A stretch of DNA of 64,000 bases from Chrysomallon squamiferum (taxonomy: Eukaryota > Animalia > Mollusca): assembly GCA_012295275.1 (NCBI GenBank), contig CM022665.1:35836001-35900000 (forward strand), given 5' to 3'. A model generated the notes under the pieces. That model saw nothing but the letters and a program-made list of their open reading frames with translations, did no database searches and was not told where the DNA came from. Below are positions 50,101 through 64,000 of the stretch, one piece after another; the first letter of the stretch is position 1, and each line of letters begins with the position of its first letter. Both the position numbers and the translations under genes were made by a program.

Positions 50101-53100
50101 TGGGCGGGTGGCAGTGGGTGTTGAAGTTGTTTTGGGTTCTGTGTGAATATACTGCTTCTTGGACAGGCCTGGGTCAGAAAAGTGTTAGTACAAAAAATAA
50201 TCAAAATAAAAAGAATAAAAACAAAAAACAACAAAAACACAACAAAATGACAATGTCTATGTTGTCAAATGAAATAAAATGAACAGAGTAACTAATGCAA
50301 AAAAACAACAAAAAAAAACAAAAAAATGACAACATAACTGTGTAAAGTCTTTATATCATCATCAGAAGGCTGTTGGGCTAATTATTATATAATTGTGTTC
50401 AAAATGTTAGCAATAATAATAAAAGTTACATGTTAAATGTAAATTAATGAAAGAATAAACTTTGAAAGTCAAGGTCAAATTTCTGTTTAACACAATCACT
50501 GTCTTAATACTAAATATACAATCTGATTAGAATTTATATAACATTTACACAAAGCCTCCTGTTCAAAACCACAGACTACAAATACACAGAATCACTGAGA
50601 CAATTTAATAAATCTCATGCTGAATGACCTTGTATGAATCAATATTTATAAAGAATAAAAGAAATTGAAATGTATCTTTTACTAGTATTTGAAATACCTT
50701 GAATGAAATTTTCTAGGTTGAAGTCATTGCTGCTCACTCCACTGCTGGCATCATCATCAGTGAGGTCTATTGACTGCAGCCGTGTGTGCAGTGGAGGCTC
50801 AAAGGCAGAAAAGTTAATTTCATCATCACTGCAAGACTGTAAATAAATAAAAGATAATCATTTAACTGTAAAAGGATTTATTAAAAAATTTTAAAATTCT
50901 GAAGGTTTTGTTATCCCTTTACCTGCAATAAACAGATCTTTTTTTTTTTTTAAATTGATCAAACATTTTTTTAATTCCAAAAACAACCTCCAACAAACAA
51001 ACCACTAAAAATTAAAAACAAAACAATAAAAAAAATAATAATAATAATAATAAAAAAAAAAAATCAACTAAAATAGTAGACTAAGTGAATAAATTACCTC
51101 CGTGTTAAGATTTTTCAGTAAGTGTAGTTTATGTTCCTTTTCCTGAACCAGCCTGCTGCCAGCTTTCACTTGATTCTCTATCTCATCCAGTTTTAGAGCT
51201 TCAGTCTCCAAACTACTCCTCACTTCTTCCAAAACATGACCTCCTTCAGCCTACAAATTAAATAAACATACATATAGAATTTTAAGTTGTTTATATAAAT
51301 AATTATAAACTGCCAGATCTTTGGCTAATGACAGCTTGCTCATGTTCAGGTTTATCAAATTTAATTTTCAATTTAATTTCCTTCTGTTTAATTTTGTTTT
51401 GTTATCCCTAAACGTGTTTTGACAAAAAACACAAAAAAACACAACCCCCCCAAAAAAACACCTAAAATTCTGGTAACTAGGTAAGAATTACCATAAAACA
51501 ATAAACTGTAATGTTCAATCATATTTATCCAACTCAGAATTTGCTATAAATTATTAATTCACTTTTAAATAAGGAACATAATAAAAGTGAAAATTCTAAA
51601 CAGATAAAGAAGTTTCTGTAAAAATAATATTAATATAGTTCCATAAGGAATATTTTCCATTATCTGATGCACCAATATATTCTTTCTCTGTGGTCAATAC
51701 TTGTATTAATTATTACAGCTGCTTACTCCATGGTTTGTCTTGGATATGTCTGAAGCTAACTCTTGTCTAGCTGCTGCCAGTGCTGCCTGTCTACGTTTTA
51801 GAGATTGTCGCTGTTTTCTCAGAAATGCTTTGGCCATTTCAATGGAACCACTCTCCTTCTTTAAGCGATTGTGGATGCCACTACACACGCAGAGCAAAAT
51901 CTCATCATTATAAACACATCTATACAGGGGTTTAAATACATACTTATACAGTTGTGATTATGATAATTATTTAGAAAAATACTACACCTTTTTAAATATA
52001 CAAATTATATACATATATACTTACACACACACAAAACATTTTTTGGATACATTATTAACTTTTACATTCTTTTAAAAAGTCTGTAAGATCAGTAAAAAAG
52101 GAAAAGAAAAAGTAACAAACCATAAGTATGAAAATAAAAATAAAAAACCATAATAAGAATGCTAACACATAAAAAAAGAAAGAAAGAAACAACTTACAAT
52201 AACTTCTTAACTACAATAATATATAAATAGAACCAAAAATAACGATAACATTTAAAAAAAAAATATATGTGAATAATAAATATATAAACATTAAACAAGT
52301 AAACTCACACTGCTATTAAATCTGCTCCAAGTGACTCATCATCTGAGAACAAATCTTCCAGATCATTCATCTAGAAAAATTATATTTTATAAATTATTAT
52401 TTTATTAAATCAGAACATTAAAAACAGATTGTATGTATATATTTACACAAATATAATGTTAACATAAATGATTAATTTATGGGAATAATATTATCTTCAC
52501 AGTAAAAAAAATACTGACAAAAATAATCATATTAATTGAAACATTAGTAATATAGTTTCAGACAATTAATTATATTAACATAAACTCAAAGAAATAGAAT
52601 CATCATAAATTGTTATATCATCAAATCAAGAGAAATTATATCAGTATAAGTCATTAAACACCCTGCAGTGATGGAAAACCAAAATATCAAATCTTGAGGA
52701 TAAAACTAACTAAATCAAATAAATAATTATTAAATTAATTAAAACATAAAATTCATTGTATTAGTTAAATTTAGAAATAAATATGGAAATAATAATCTTT
52801 AGAAATCAATTTAGTAAAATGTAATTGTTTTAAAATGTATACTATGAAAATGTATGGTCACCACTGTGTCTAATCATTTATAGAAGTCGAGATATTTAAC
52901 ATTTACAAAGAACATGGTTGAAACTGCTGTGGGTCATGTGTATGCATTTTTGACCCTTCCAATGAAGATTTGCAGATGAGTGTTAAATATTTAATTTTTT
53001 TATTATTATTTTTTTTTACTTACAACATTTCGGTCTAACTGAACCCGCTGGCTTCTCTTCTTTACTCTAACTATTATTAAAAAAACAAAACAAAAATTAA

Positions 53101-53124
53101 AAATATATATAGATTTAAATAACA

Positions 53125-53158
<34 letters not shown>

Positions 53159-54270
53159 CATTGATGATAATGAAAAAAAAAAATAATAATAAATACATAC
53201 ATTTTTTTTCTTTTTTTTTAAATTGAACAAATTGGAAAGCATGACTATTAATTTTGTGTTATATAAAAATAAATTTAAAAAACTATTAAAAAACCAAAAT
53301 ACTGATTCTGTATTATAAAAAAACAAAACAACAACAAAAAAAAAAAAAAACAGTGTTAATCCATTAATTCATCATATCTGAAACAACTTTGAATCAAAAG
53401 GATTATGTCTCAAAAACAGTTCTAAATAAAATAATTAATCAAATTATACATCATATCTGGAACATTATTACATATAAAGTACTTAATTCATATCATATAT
53501 CATACTTTATGATATATTATTATAAATACAATAACCAATCATATTACATATCATATGGTAGATTCCTGCTAATGAAATAATTAATTCATAATATACATCT
53601 TACTATCTTACTAGGGAATATTAATACAAAAACAAAGAACAAACAAATATTAATTTTATCCTGAATGAATCCAAAACTCAGTATTAGATAAAAAAATTTG
53701 ACCAGTAATCTTTCTCTCTTATCATAACTTTAACAAACACCATCCTATCCATACCAGGTATAATTTCTTCTTCCCCATTGGACGAATGTTCCAGATCATC
53801 AATGGACAACAGACGATCTGACTCACCAAGTCGAGTTGGGTTCTGCAGAAACTGGACGTGTGACATTTCTTCTTCTTCTATTTTGTCATTAATTTTCTGG
53901 TGTAGTTTGTCCATTTCCTCACTCTTCTTGTCCAGTTTTTGTCTCAGCTCCCTGCAATAAAATTAAATATCAGTTTGAAAAAAAAAGAAAAAAAAAGAGA
54001 TGAGACAGTAAAAAAGAAAAAAAACCCCAAAAATAAAAACTAAAAAGAAAAAAAAATCAAATCAAATTAGAAAAAGAGATAGAGAAAAAAATCAAATGAG
54101 AGGCCAAAACAAAGACAATTGAATCACCCTGTAAAATATGTTGTGGCATTATTAAACCTTTATTCATTTATTTTCCCAAAAATAATGTTTTTTTTATTTG
54201 AAAAAAAAAAAAGAAAATAAAATAAAATGTCTAACTAAAGAGACAGAGAGAACAAGAACTAGAGAGAGAG

Positions 54271-54322
<52 letters not shown>

Positions 54323-57300
54323 ACAAACAAAAATCAGATCTGAGACACAGCCAAAAAGAAATGAAGCCATTATCTTTTAGTTATTAGGTATTTTAAAATA
54401 TTTTTTCATTTATGTTTTCAACAAATAATTTGTGTCCTTACTTCAGTTTTCTCGTATTCTGTTCAAGGGCCATTTTAAGCTGGAGTACATCACTTTCTAA
54501 TTTTCTTTTTTCAGCCTTTATTTTTTCCAGTTCCTCTATTTCTGTTCTAATCTCTGACTGCAGCTGTTTTCTCTCTTCTTTCATTCTTTCCAGTTCTAGG
54601 GCATTCAGATTCTGAGCTGCACCTAGCACTTCCTGAATTTTTAAACAATTATTATGTGATCAATTTTCTTGCTATATTTAGAACAACATCAACATCTACA
54701 ATAACCTTAGCATTGTTCCTATTTCACCTGCTGCTACTACTGCTATATTACTGCTGCTATCACAACAACATTAACAACTACTACTACTACAACAACTACA
54801 ACAAAAACTTCTTCTATTACTATTATAACTGCAACTGCTGCAACCTTTATTATTAACATGATTAAAAAAGATAACCTAACCTTAACAATAATACAAAAAA
54901 CACAGAACATATACTTTTGGAAATAAAGGTAACTATATACACTAAATCAAATTAATTAATAAGAATAAGTTTCAGGTGACATTTTATTTTATTTACAATG
55001 TCTGATCTTCTTAAACTGCAGATGTTTTTTGTTTTTGTTTTTTAAAAACTAACATTAGAGTTTCAGACTTCAGTTTTTGGTAAAATAATATATTTGATTT
55101 AATTTTTCACTCACATCTTTGTTTTGTTCAAATCTTTCTTGATCCTCAGCAAATAACTTCTTTTTTTCTTCTAATTTTTTCTCCTGAAATAGATTTATTT
55201 TTATATTTCAAATAATTTCATTCAATCTGCTTTAAAATAAATTTTCTAAAATCCTTCAGCAAAACAAACTACTTTTGTTATCTAATGTATCATACAGCCT
55301 TGGCATGTATCTAATTCCACATTAATGTTTTTAAAAACAAACTCTAAACACTTTACCTGTGCTTCAAGATGTTTATAAGCCTTTTCAAGTTCTTTTTGTT
55401 TCCTCTCAAAAGCAGCACTTTTGTCCTTTAATTCTTCTTCCTGCAGAAATAAACAAATTTATATCAATATGAAGTTTAAAATTTGTTTTATATTATTTAT
55501 TATTCCATGGACTTTTGTTAATAGGAGAGAACATATCTACTAAGTGGTTTTCAGTAATTATAAGATAAAAGACTGATTGATTAGGTAACATATTAGATAT
55601 GTCCAAAAACTACAATTCTGAGACAGATCATTCATAATGTGTTCTCAAGTATAATGGCCACTATGTTTCTTGGGGAATATTTTGTGAAATGAATGTTACT
55701 AATTCAATAACATTTAACAAATGTAAAATGCAATGAAATGAAAAAAAAGAAGAAAAAGGCCATAATTCAATTTTTGAAAATATATTCTTTTTGGGGGGGA
55801 GGCATGTATATCTATGTATTTAATTCCTTCAGGGGGTTAGCTATAGTTTAATTTTAACAACTGAAACTTGTACTATGAATTTAAATAACTTTCATTTTAT
55901 TTTAATGAGTTTATGGTTTCTGCATTTTACCTCATCTTCTAGCTGATCTTGCAAACTTTCTTTTTTCCTTGCAAACTGACGTTTTATATCCTCCATTTCT
56001 CTTTCAAACTGTTTGTTCAGTTTTTTAGTCTCCATTTCTAGATTCATGGCCAGTGTCTTCTTTTCCTTTTCAATCTACAAAACGATCATTAGAAATAAAG
56101 AAAATATAAATCCTTCATCAAATTTGTCATCAAACATATCTTACACTACATCCCATCTTAACCAAAATATTAACAATTTAAAAATCCATATCCATGATGT
56201 TGTTGGTTTTTGGGATGTTTTTTCTTTTTGGGAGGGGTTTTCAAATTTTTTTAATTCTTTTTTAATTACACTTTTAAAGTAGTATTCACCATTATGATGG
56301 TACTTTGTATTTTCTCATATGCTGAATCTGCTACTGATTTTAAACTGGTTTTAAACTTTTATCACAGAACAAATTATCAGAATTAAAATTCCTAAGTCTT
56401 ACATTCTGAGAGTACTCTTCTTGCAGACGTTTCATTTCTTTTTCATATTCTTTGGTGATTCGTTCTTTCTCTTTCTGATGTTTTTGTTTCATTTCATTCC
56501 TTCGTTCCTGGAGCACCTCATCGAGCTAGAATATATAAATATACCTGATGAAATAATTATTTCTATCATTCTGGATTCTTGTACACAGAACTATTGACAG
56601 AATTGAAGATAATATGTTTTCATAGTAAAAATCATGTTTTAATAAAACATAATTGTTCAGATATTATATACTTGTGTTACAAACATTTTTTTTTTTTTAA
56701 ATGTTGCACATAACATGAAACTATCTAATAACAGACAAATGTACCTGCAACAAATATTAAATTTAGCTGATATAAAAGTCTTCTTAATTCACTCTTTTGC
56801 AAAAAATGGTTCTTTTAGTTCTATTTTACATATTTATTAATTCAGTAATGCTAACTATACATACATTAAAATGTACTATTGAATAAAATATGCTAATACA
56901 AATATAAACAGTAAAAAAAATGTTTTTTTAAAAGTTACTTGCCAGAATCTTGACAAGATTCAGCATATCATTAATATAGTATATAGAAACTATAAAAATA
57001 TTGACAAGTAGATATTTTCTCTTATTTTCAATACAGATTTACCTACCTGTTCATCAAGATCATAAAAATATTAAGATGTACATGTGCTCTGTATAAATCT
57101 GCATTAGCTCCTCTCTTTTTCTCATTTCCATGACAGATTTACCTAAGTAATCTACATTACATCCCTTTCTCTAATTTTCATCACAGATTTACCTACCCCT
57201 TTATCAAGATCATCAATGGCTGTTTGTCTTCTTTTAGCTGCCTCCAGCTCATGTTTTTGTCTCTCCATATCTTCTTCCTGAAGCTGTTTTAATTCCCTTT

Positions 57301-58789
57301 CAAGCTTCTCCATTGTCTGGAAAGAAATAACATTTTAGTAAAATTAAGTAATTTCCTTCCTTTTAATCATAATTAACATTTTAAAATGAATAACAATTTC
57401 TTATTGCTTTATTGTTTTCTAGTTTATATCTAACCTTATATGCATTTAAAGGCAAGATCAGTAAATCAGAAAGATCATTATTATTTTTTATTACTATTAT
57501 TTGTTTTTAACAAATCTTAGCATCAATTAATGACAAAAATACCCACAAAAACAAATAAAACCTTTTAGAGTAAGTTGTGAAATATATAACTACACAAGCA
57601 CAGATGAGAGCTCTGTTTCACAAAACTGTCTAAAATTAATTTTTAGACATTGAAATCAAAGCATGTACTGTTCTCAAACTTAAGCAAAATCAACAGAGCA
57701 TTTTTTTTTTTTTTGGATCTCAGTGCTGAAAATGCAGTATCATCTGTGTTCCAACCTTTTTGTGTTTTTCTTGTAGTTCATTTCTCAGTGACTGTAACAT
57801 GTCTTTGTGCTTCTTCTCTAAGTTGTTTTCAACATCCTCCAATTCCTGGGCATGTCGAGACTTCAGTTTTTCAATCTGTCTCTTCTTCTCATCTTCTAAC
57901 CTGTGTTTCTCCCCAGACACAGCATCCTTAACCTGTAATAGCAATAACAATCATGTTAATGACAGAAACAGCAATAGTCAGTGTTCATGATTATGATGAT
58001 AGTGTTATGATAATTATGATGATTGTTATGATAATAACAACAACAGAAATAGCAACAGTAATTATATTGTAAATGTTAAATTTATTCTAAGAATAAAAGT
58101 AATAATACATTAATAGTTACAACAACCACAACAATAACAATAGTACATCTGACCTGTTGGTTTATACTATCAAGCATTTTTCTTTTTTCTTCTTGTAATT
58201 TATTCTGTTCTTCTGCCTTCAGCAAGCGAACCTCTTCTCTCATTTTCTCTAGAGTTTGGTTCATCTCATCCCTACATGAATGAAACAACACAATATGATA
58301 ACAAAACTGTGTTAAAATTACTTTTAAATCTTAACTTGATTTACAGTACCCAAATATTTGTCAAACACTGAATACACATGACTTGGAAAATGCCTTTATA
58401 ATGTTAACCCCTATTATCTTTTGCCCGTCAAAGGCATATTTCTTGTTATTTTTCATCTTGAAAGTTTTGTACTGTAATACAGGATCTGTACCTGACTTTG
58501 CATCTTGGATATTTATATAACAAAACAGCAGTTTGTACATAAACTCCTGACTTACAGGTAAATAAAGAGTATGATGAATTATTAATATATTTTCCATGAA
58601 CAACCTTATTGATTTTGTAATTTTGTTTTAATAATAACCATATTCATGATATGATGTTCCTGTCAAAAAATTACTGTATAATAATGTAATTGTTAGAAAA
58701 TTTCACAATTTCTTTTTATACAGATCATTACCAGTAACATGTAAAAATTAAATGACAAAAATCCTTTATCTAATTCATTTATGATAAAA

Positions 58790-58841
<52 letters not shown>

Positions 58842-60182
58842 TACACAGAAACAAATTAACACCAACAATTAGTGATTTCAATGACTGTAAATGATATATG
58901 TGAAGAGAAAACAAAAAAACAAACAAATAACAAACAATAATAATAATAATAGCAAGAATAATAAATTTCAAAATAAATAAAATAATAAAAAATAAGTTAA
59001 AATAAAGAATAAAACAAATTGCTAAAACAAAAAGTAAATATTTTAATAAATAAATAAAATAAATATACCACTAAGAAAATTAGTAAACATTTACAATAAA
59101 AGCAAAATAATAAAAATAATATTTAACAATAATCAAATGATAATTTACTCTAGGATCAATAAAACTTAAGAAAAACAAAGAAATTAATAAGACTAACTAA
59201 GCAATAATCTATAACAGAAATGAATAATGTCATGCAAACTGTATATGTAATTTCAGCTAGAAAAATCTATTAAAAACAAGTTTAGTGAAAACAAAACAAA
59301 ATAAAAATATTAACTAATCAGATTCGAAAATGAAAGTATTCTTATAAGAACACTTCAGCACTCTGCCTGCCTAAAGCATGCATGCTCAAACTAAAAATCT
59401 ACAAGCTCTAGTTAAAATATTTAAATTAAAAAGTACAAGAATGAATAATTATATATATAAAACTGGTTAAGCTGAACTTCACTGGGCCTTTTGACAAGGC
59501 GATAAGAGAGTAACCAGTTATTTCTTTATAATAATAATAATAACAATAATAAAAAACAACAACAGCAATAAAAAGTAAAATCATAAATATTGCAGAGAAA
59601 CATCTTCTTCCATGCAACATCATACCGCAATTTTGATTTCTCCTCATTTTCCTTTTTTTCGCATTCTTCTTTTATGGCTTTGATTTCACCACTCGTTCCA
59701 TCGTTTAGTTTGGCCAGTCTTGTTGCTGCTTCCTCTTTAAGCCTTTGTTCTAGTTCTCTGTTTTTAGTTAACACAAGTGAGTGCAAAGAAAATCAATGTC
59801 AAAGTGCTACAGATTGCTGACAACTGTTTTTTGTGTGTTTTTGTTTCAGTTTCTGACAAAACTTTTCATATTATGTGCAACAATATTTGCAAATTTTTTG
59901 TTTTATTATAAGATTTAAAAGATTAAATATCAGATTTTAAAGGAATTTTATCAGTTATTTATTTTAAAAGTTTATATGATTTAGCACCACTGGAGGCAAA
60001 GAGAAATACTTCAGTGCCTCATTGATGACTTTGTAAAACAATTTTATTTGCTTTGCACTATTTTCTACTAACGTACTTAACAAACACATTTAGGAAAGTA
60101 ATAAAAGTCAATGAGAGTCATCAAATGTCTGTAAAATGAAGTAATTTACAAATAAAAATGTTAATAATAACAGCAGATAAAA

Positions 60183-60228
<46 letters not shown>

Positions 60229-61982
60229 CAAATTAAAATATAAAGTTTAAAAATGAAAAATTAATCTATTTTACTAGCTTCTTTAAAATGAAGCGACTAC
60301 ATTTTTTTAAATATCTTAATTCTAGTAATACATTCTATTGTGAAGCTTTACAACAGCAAAGCAATTAAACTGAACTTTTATTATTAAAAACTGAAAGATA
60401 AATTATAAAATAAAATTATAAAATACATATTGATATTGATTATTACTGTCATTATAATAATTATCATTCATTTTGCTGTCAAATTAAATTTAATAGGTTC
60501 ATTAATTAATCATTTTTCTTAGTACAATCCCACGTCATTACAGATAAAGAAACTTTTATTTTAAAATATAAATATTCTCAGATCTCTTTTAACAGAAACC
60601 AAATTTAAAATTTACAAATATCTTTAAAATAATTGTACATTAGTTAACTGTTTCTGTTTTGTAATGTTAATAAAAAGAAAAAGATAATTTTAACTATAAT
60701 TAGAATGGTTTAAAGTGAAAGCACTGCAAAAATAAATCAATAAAAAGTGAGCATTTCTAAAATATATAAAGTTAACTTACTTTATACTTTCTTCTTTTTC
60801 TTGTCTCAATTTTCGTTCTGCCTCTGCTTGTTCCTTCTTGATTTCAGCTTTGATTTTCCTAAGCCTGGCATCTTTGTCCTATAAATAAATGTATGCATAT
60901 GAATAAAAAAAAAAAAAAGTAAGTGAGTGTGTGAATAAACTACACAAATTCTGATATTTATTAGGTGTCATGTATATTTTTATAATAAATATACAGATAC
61001 ACAAATGAATAAAAAAATAGAAGACAGACTCATTGATAGACAGATAAATAATTAGACAAATTACAAGATAAATAAATAAATGAACAGACAATAACACAAA
61101 TAAAGATAGATAAATGATTACAAATAGAGAAAATAAAAGAAATAAACAAATAGACAACAATAAATAAATAAAGGAATAGACAAATAAATATACATAGTTT
61201 TCTTTAAAAACAAACAAAATATCGGTGGCAGTTATCTCATGCAACATTCATACCAATTACAAACAATAATATTTTATTCCTAAATCCACAAAAGCATATA
61301 CTACAGTCTTTGAAATACAAATGGGTTTACTAGGAGTTATAAAAAATCCAATTTAATTGGTAGCCAGATATTTGTATCAGCTATGAAAAATGAAGGGACC
61401 ATTTTCAATGTTATTTCATCAGAAAATAAATGACATAAAATTAATTATACCTCCAGTAACTCTAGTTTGGCATTCTCAAGTTCCCGTTCCAATCTTTGCT
61501 TCATTTCTGCAAGCGCTCTGTCATTTTCAGTGACAATTTTATCTTCTTCTTCCTTAAGTTCAACTCTTCTTTAAAATAAATAAATAAATAAATACATTCT
61601 CGAATTCAAATACTAAAATGTTTGGGTCATTTTAAGAAAACAAAATCAAAATGAGTTCAAAAATATATTAAAAAACCCAACTAAAACATATGAAAGAGAT
61701 TAATAATTAAACAAAATAATAACAGTAAAATAAATAAATAAGTAAATTAAATAATAAATTAATTAATTAAATAATAATAAAAATTGAAAGAATTAGATTA
61801 GAAAGGTGACTCTGGAGAGGCAAGGTGCTGGTCATTCCTGACTATCACTAAAAGATGACCACAATGTACCTGCTAGCAGCACTGGCCAGTTTATCAGCCT
61901 TTCTTTTGCGGTCATCATCAGTGAAATCTAGAGGACTGAGTCCTGAATCATCTCTACCTGTAGACTTCAGAGACTGAGAATC
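47161..61982 (-). CDS. CEP164: Centrosomal protein CEP164 orthologue, 3' portion (24 coding exons, about 1005 aa; N-terminal WW-domain exons lie beyond the window)
   Basis: Phase-compatible GT-AG exons: 61982-61870, 61568-61451, 60878-60781, 59757-59626, 58271-58154, 57932-57756, 57316-57197, 56525-56403, 56074-55931, 55440-55357, 55183-55115, 54632-54442, 53951-53755, 53070-53024, 52370-52309, 51880-51727, 51250-51098, 50836-50698, 50168-49956, 49581-49497, 49090-49002, 48462-48390, 47951-47760, 47287(or 47293)-47161 (sum 3018 nt, open frame). A long E/K/R coiled coil is followed by blocks matching human CEP164 as I recall it: AKAFLRKQRQSLKRRQAAL, LEEVRSSLETEALKLDE, SLKKINMELSRVL, LEKKWRKYFG and C-terminal LELDSNNEIRVRQF*. 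Confidence 0.88.
47288..47759 (-). other. Putative U12-type (minor spliceosome) GT-AG intron, last intron of CEP164
   Basis: Donor |GTATCTTT; branch-like TTTTCTTTAAC at 47314-47304 close to the 3' AG; no pyrimidine tract between them; phase 2. Confidence 0.65.
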
Positions 61983-62972
61983 CTGTAAAATAAAGAAAAC
62001 ATAAATATATAAAAACTGATAAATAAACACATGCACTCAAGCAACCACACAATCATACTTATGAACGTAGAACACAAATATGGATCACTGAAGAATGAAG
62101 TCTGTTACTGTTACATACATTTAAAAATATAAGAAAATGACTACTAATGATTAATGTTTGGATTTATCAGTTTAAATACAAAATATTTAAAACACATTAA
62201 TATTACATGATAAAGAAGTTATGATGAAAAATATTGTGGAATATTGTGGTAACTCCAACAACAAATGCTAACAGATAGATATTAACAGTTTAAATAAATA
62301 TAATAATAAACCTGAGTTTTGCCAATCAAAATAAATAGAAAAACTCCCAAATACATATATTAGATTTATATATAGTCTCCCAGACTTAAAGTTACAAATA
62401 AAGACACAGATTTAAAGGAAAAAAGAAAGAAGAAGAAAAGAAAAAATTCAATGCAATGCCAGAATGATTATGTTGATTAGTATCAAAACACTGATAAATA
62501 TATATATATACACATACGCATTATTTTTGTTAACACACAACATATAATGCTTGACATGCATGCTATACAAAAATCAATAATGATGCCTGGAAAGAAAAAC
62601 ATGTTGATGAAAATTGAGATTATCCTTTTATTTTTAAACAAAAAATTAACTAAACACTGGCCATAAATCAATTCATTTTCATGTTGTTGTTTTTTTTAAT
62701 TATTTTATTTTCTTGATTTATTATTATTTTTTTTTTTTTTCTGGTTTGTTTTTGTGTTAAAGGTTCAGTTTGTAAATCTACAGGTAACTGCAATTTGACC
62801 ACTTCACAACAAAAACTGTTTTTCAACACAGACTGATTCTGATAAAGATTTTTATCCACTAACAGGTTTGTGTCATTAAAATCAGGTTTATGTCTAACAA
62901 AATTAATATATTCCAATTATTAACTAAGTAAGATAGTTTTATTTATTTGGTTATTTATTATTATAATTATAT

Positions 62973-63043
<71 letters not shown>

Positions 63044-63947
63044 GTTGTTACAATTATTATTAATTCCAGTGAAATGCAGATGTTGTGGAAATGCTATTTG
63101 TAAAATTATGATTTTGGTGCAAGAATGCTTTTGACATCACGAACAGTATAATGTTTGGAAAGTGCGAATGTGAAAGAATATTTAGAGATATGGCCAAAGA
63201 AGTTTAGTATTACAGGGATTAGTTATAAACTTACCTATATATAATTTATAAATAAAAACAATAAAAAATAATAAAAACAACAATAATAATAAATTAGAAA
63301 ATAAATAAATAATACAAAAATAATTCGAATTAAAATGGCTCTTTTTAGTGCAAAAACATAGTCTTTATTTCATAAATACATTTAGAAACTGACAAAAACA
63401 AAATTTAACTAAATAATATATCTCTCTCCTTTTTCTTTTCTTTTTTCCCCCCCAAAAAATAAAAAAATTAATTACATAATAAATAAGACCAATGATTTTG
63501 TCCAGGATAACTTTAAAAAAAATAAAAATAGCAGAATTCAAATGAAATTGTGTGTATCAAGCAAAATAATAACACTCATAACAAAATGGGAAAAAGTGTT
63601 TAAACATTACACCAAGGATTCATGTGCAGTTATATATAAAAAATATTTATACCCGAATGCCTGTTCCTTGGTAAAGCTGAATAGGAATATATATTAAATA
63701 ATGAAGCAAAAAAATGAAAAAAATGAATAAAAGAAAATAGAAACAATAGAGAAAAAGGAATGTAACTTATGGCAGTTATTTAACTATTACTATCAAATTC
63801 AAGCCAAAATACCCCTGAATGGAAGCTTTATACACATATAAATTACAACAAAATGAACAAATGACAGTCCACAATGGCAACTATATATATAAGAGGTAAT
63901 GCTCAAAGAAAAAACAAAACAACATTATGATACTCAACTATTACTAG

Positions 63948-63996
<49 letters not shown>

Positions 63997-64000
63997 TGTT

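Noticed and set aside
62668-62916. 82-aa minus-strand ORF upstream of the first recognised CEP164 exon
   Set aside because: No convincing acceptor/donor pair or CEP164-like content, and it runs into poly-A low complexity. It cannot be excluded as an alternative exon without RNA data.

Overview
AT-rich, microsatellite-dense animal genomic DNA, probably a mollusc (inferred from SINE remnants and protein style). All four protein-coding loci are on the minus strand and were reconstructed by hand from splice signals. They are: (1) an intronless secreted PAN/Apple-domain ORF (1761-2180) inside a cluster of decayed PAN + C-type-lectin paralogs (about 1.4-6.5 kb); (2) a complete three-exon Bsx homeobox gene (13637-20187, 233 aa) surrounded by many GC/CpG-richer non-coding islands that look like enhancers; (3) a two-coding-exon single-pass LRR membrane protein (38328-40177, about 507 aa); (4) the 3' 24 coding exons of a CEP164 orthologue (47161-61982, 5' end outside the window). 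The left edge holds the end of a frameshifted hAT (Buster/Charlie-type) transposon. The most notable observations are a putative U12 minor-spliceosome last intron in CEP164, a sharp CpG-depletion boundary near 42.5 kb, the decaying PAN-lectin family, and homotypic motif arrays upstream of Bsx. I found no prokaryote-type system, CRISPR array, tRNA or rRNA, and no convincing evidence of a wholly new biological system.
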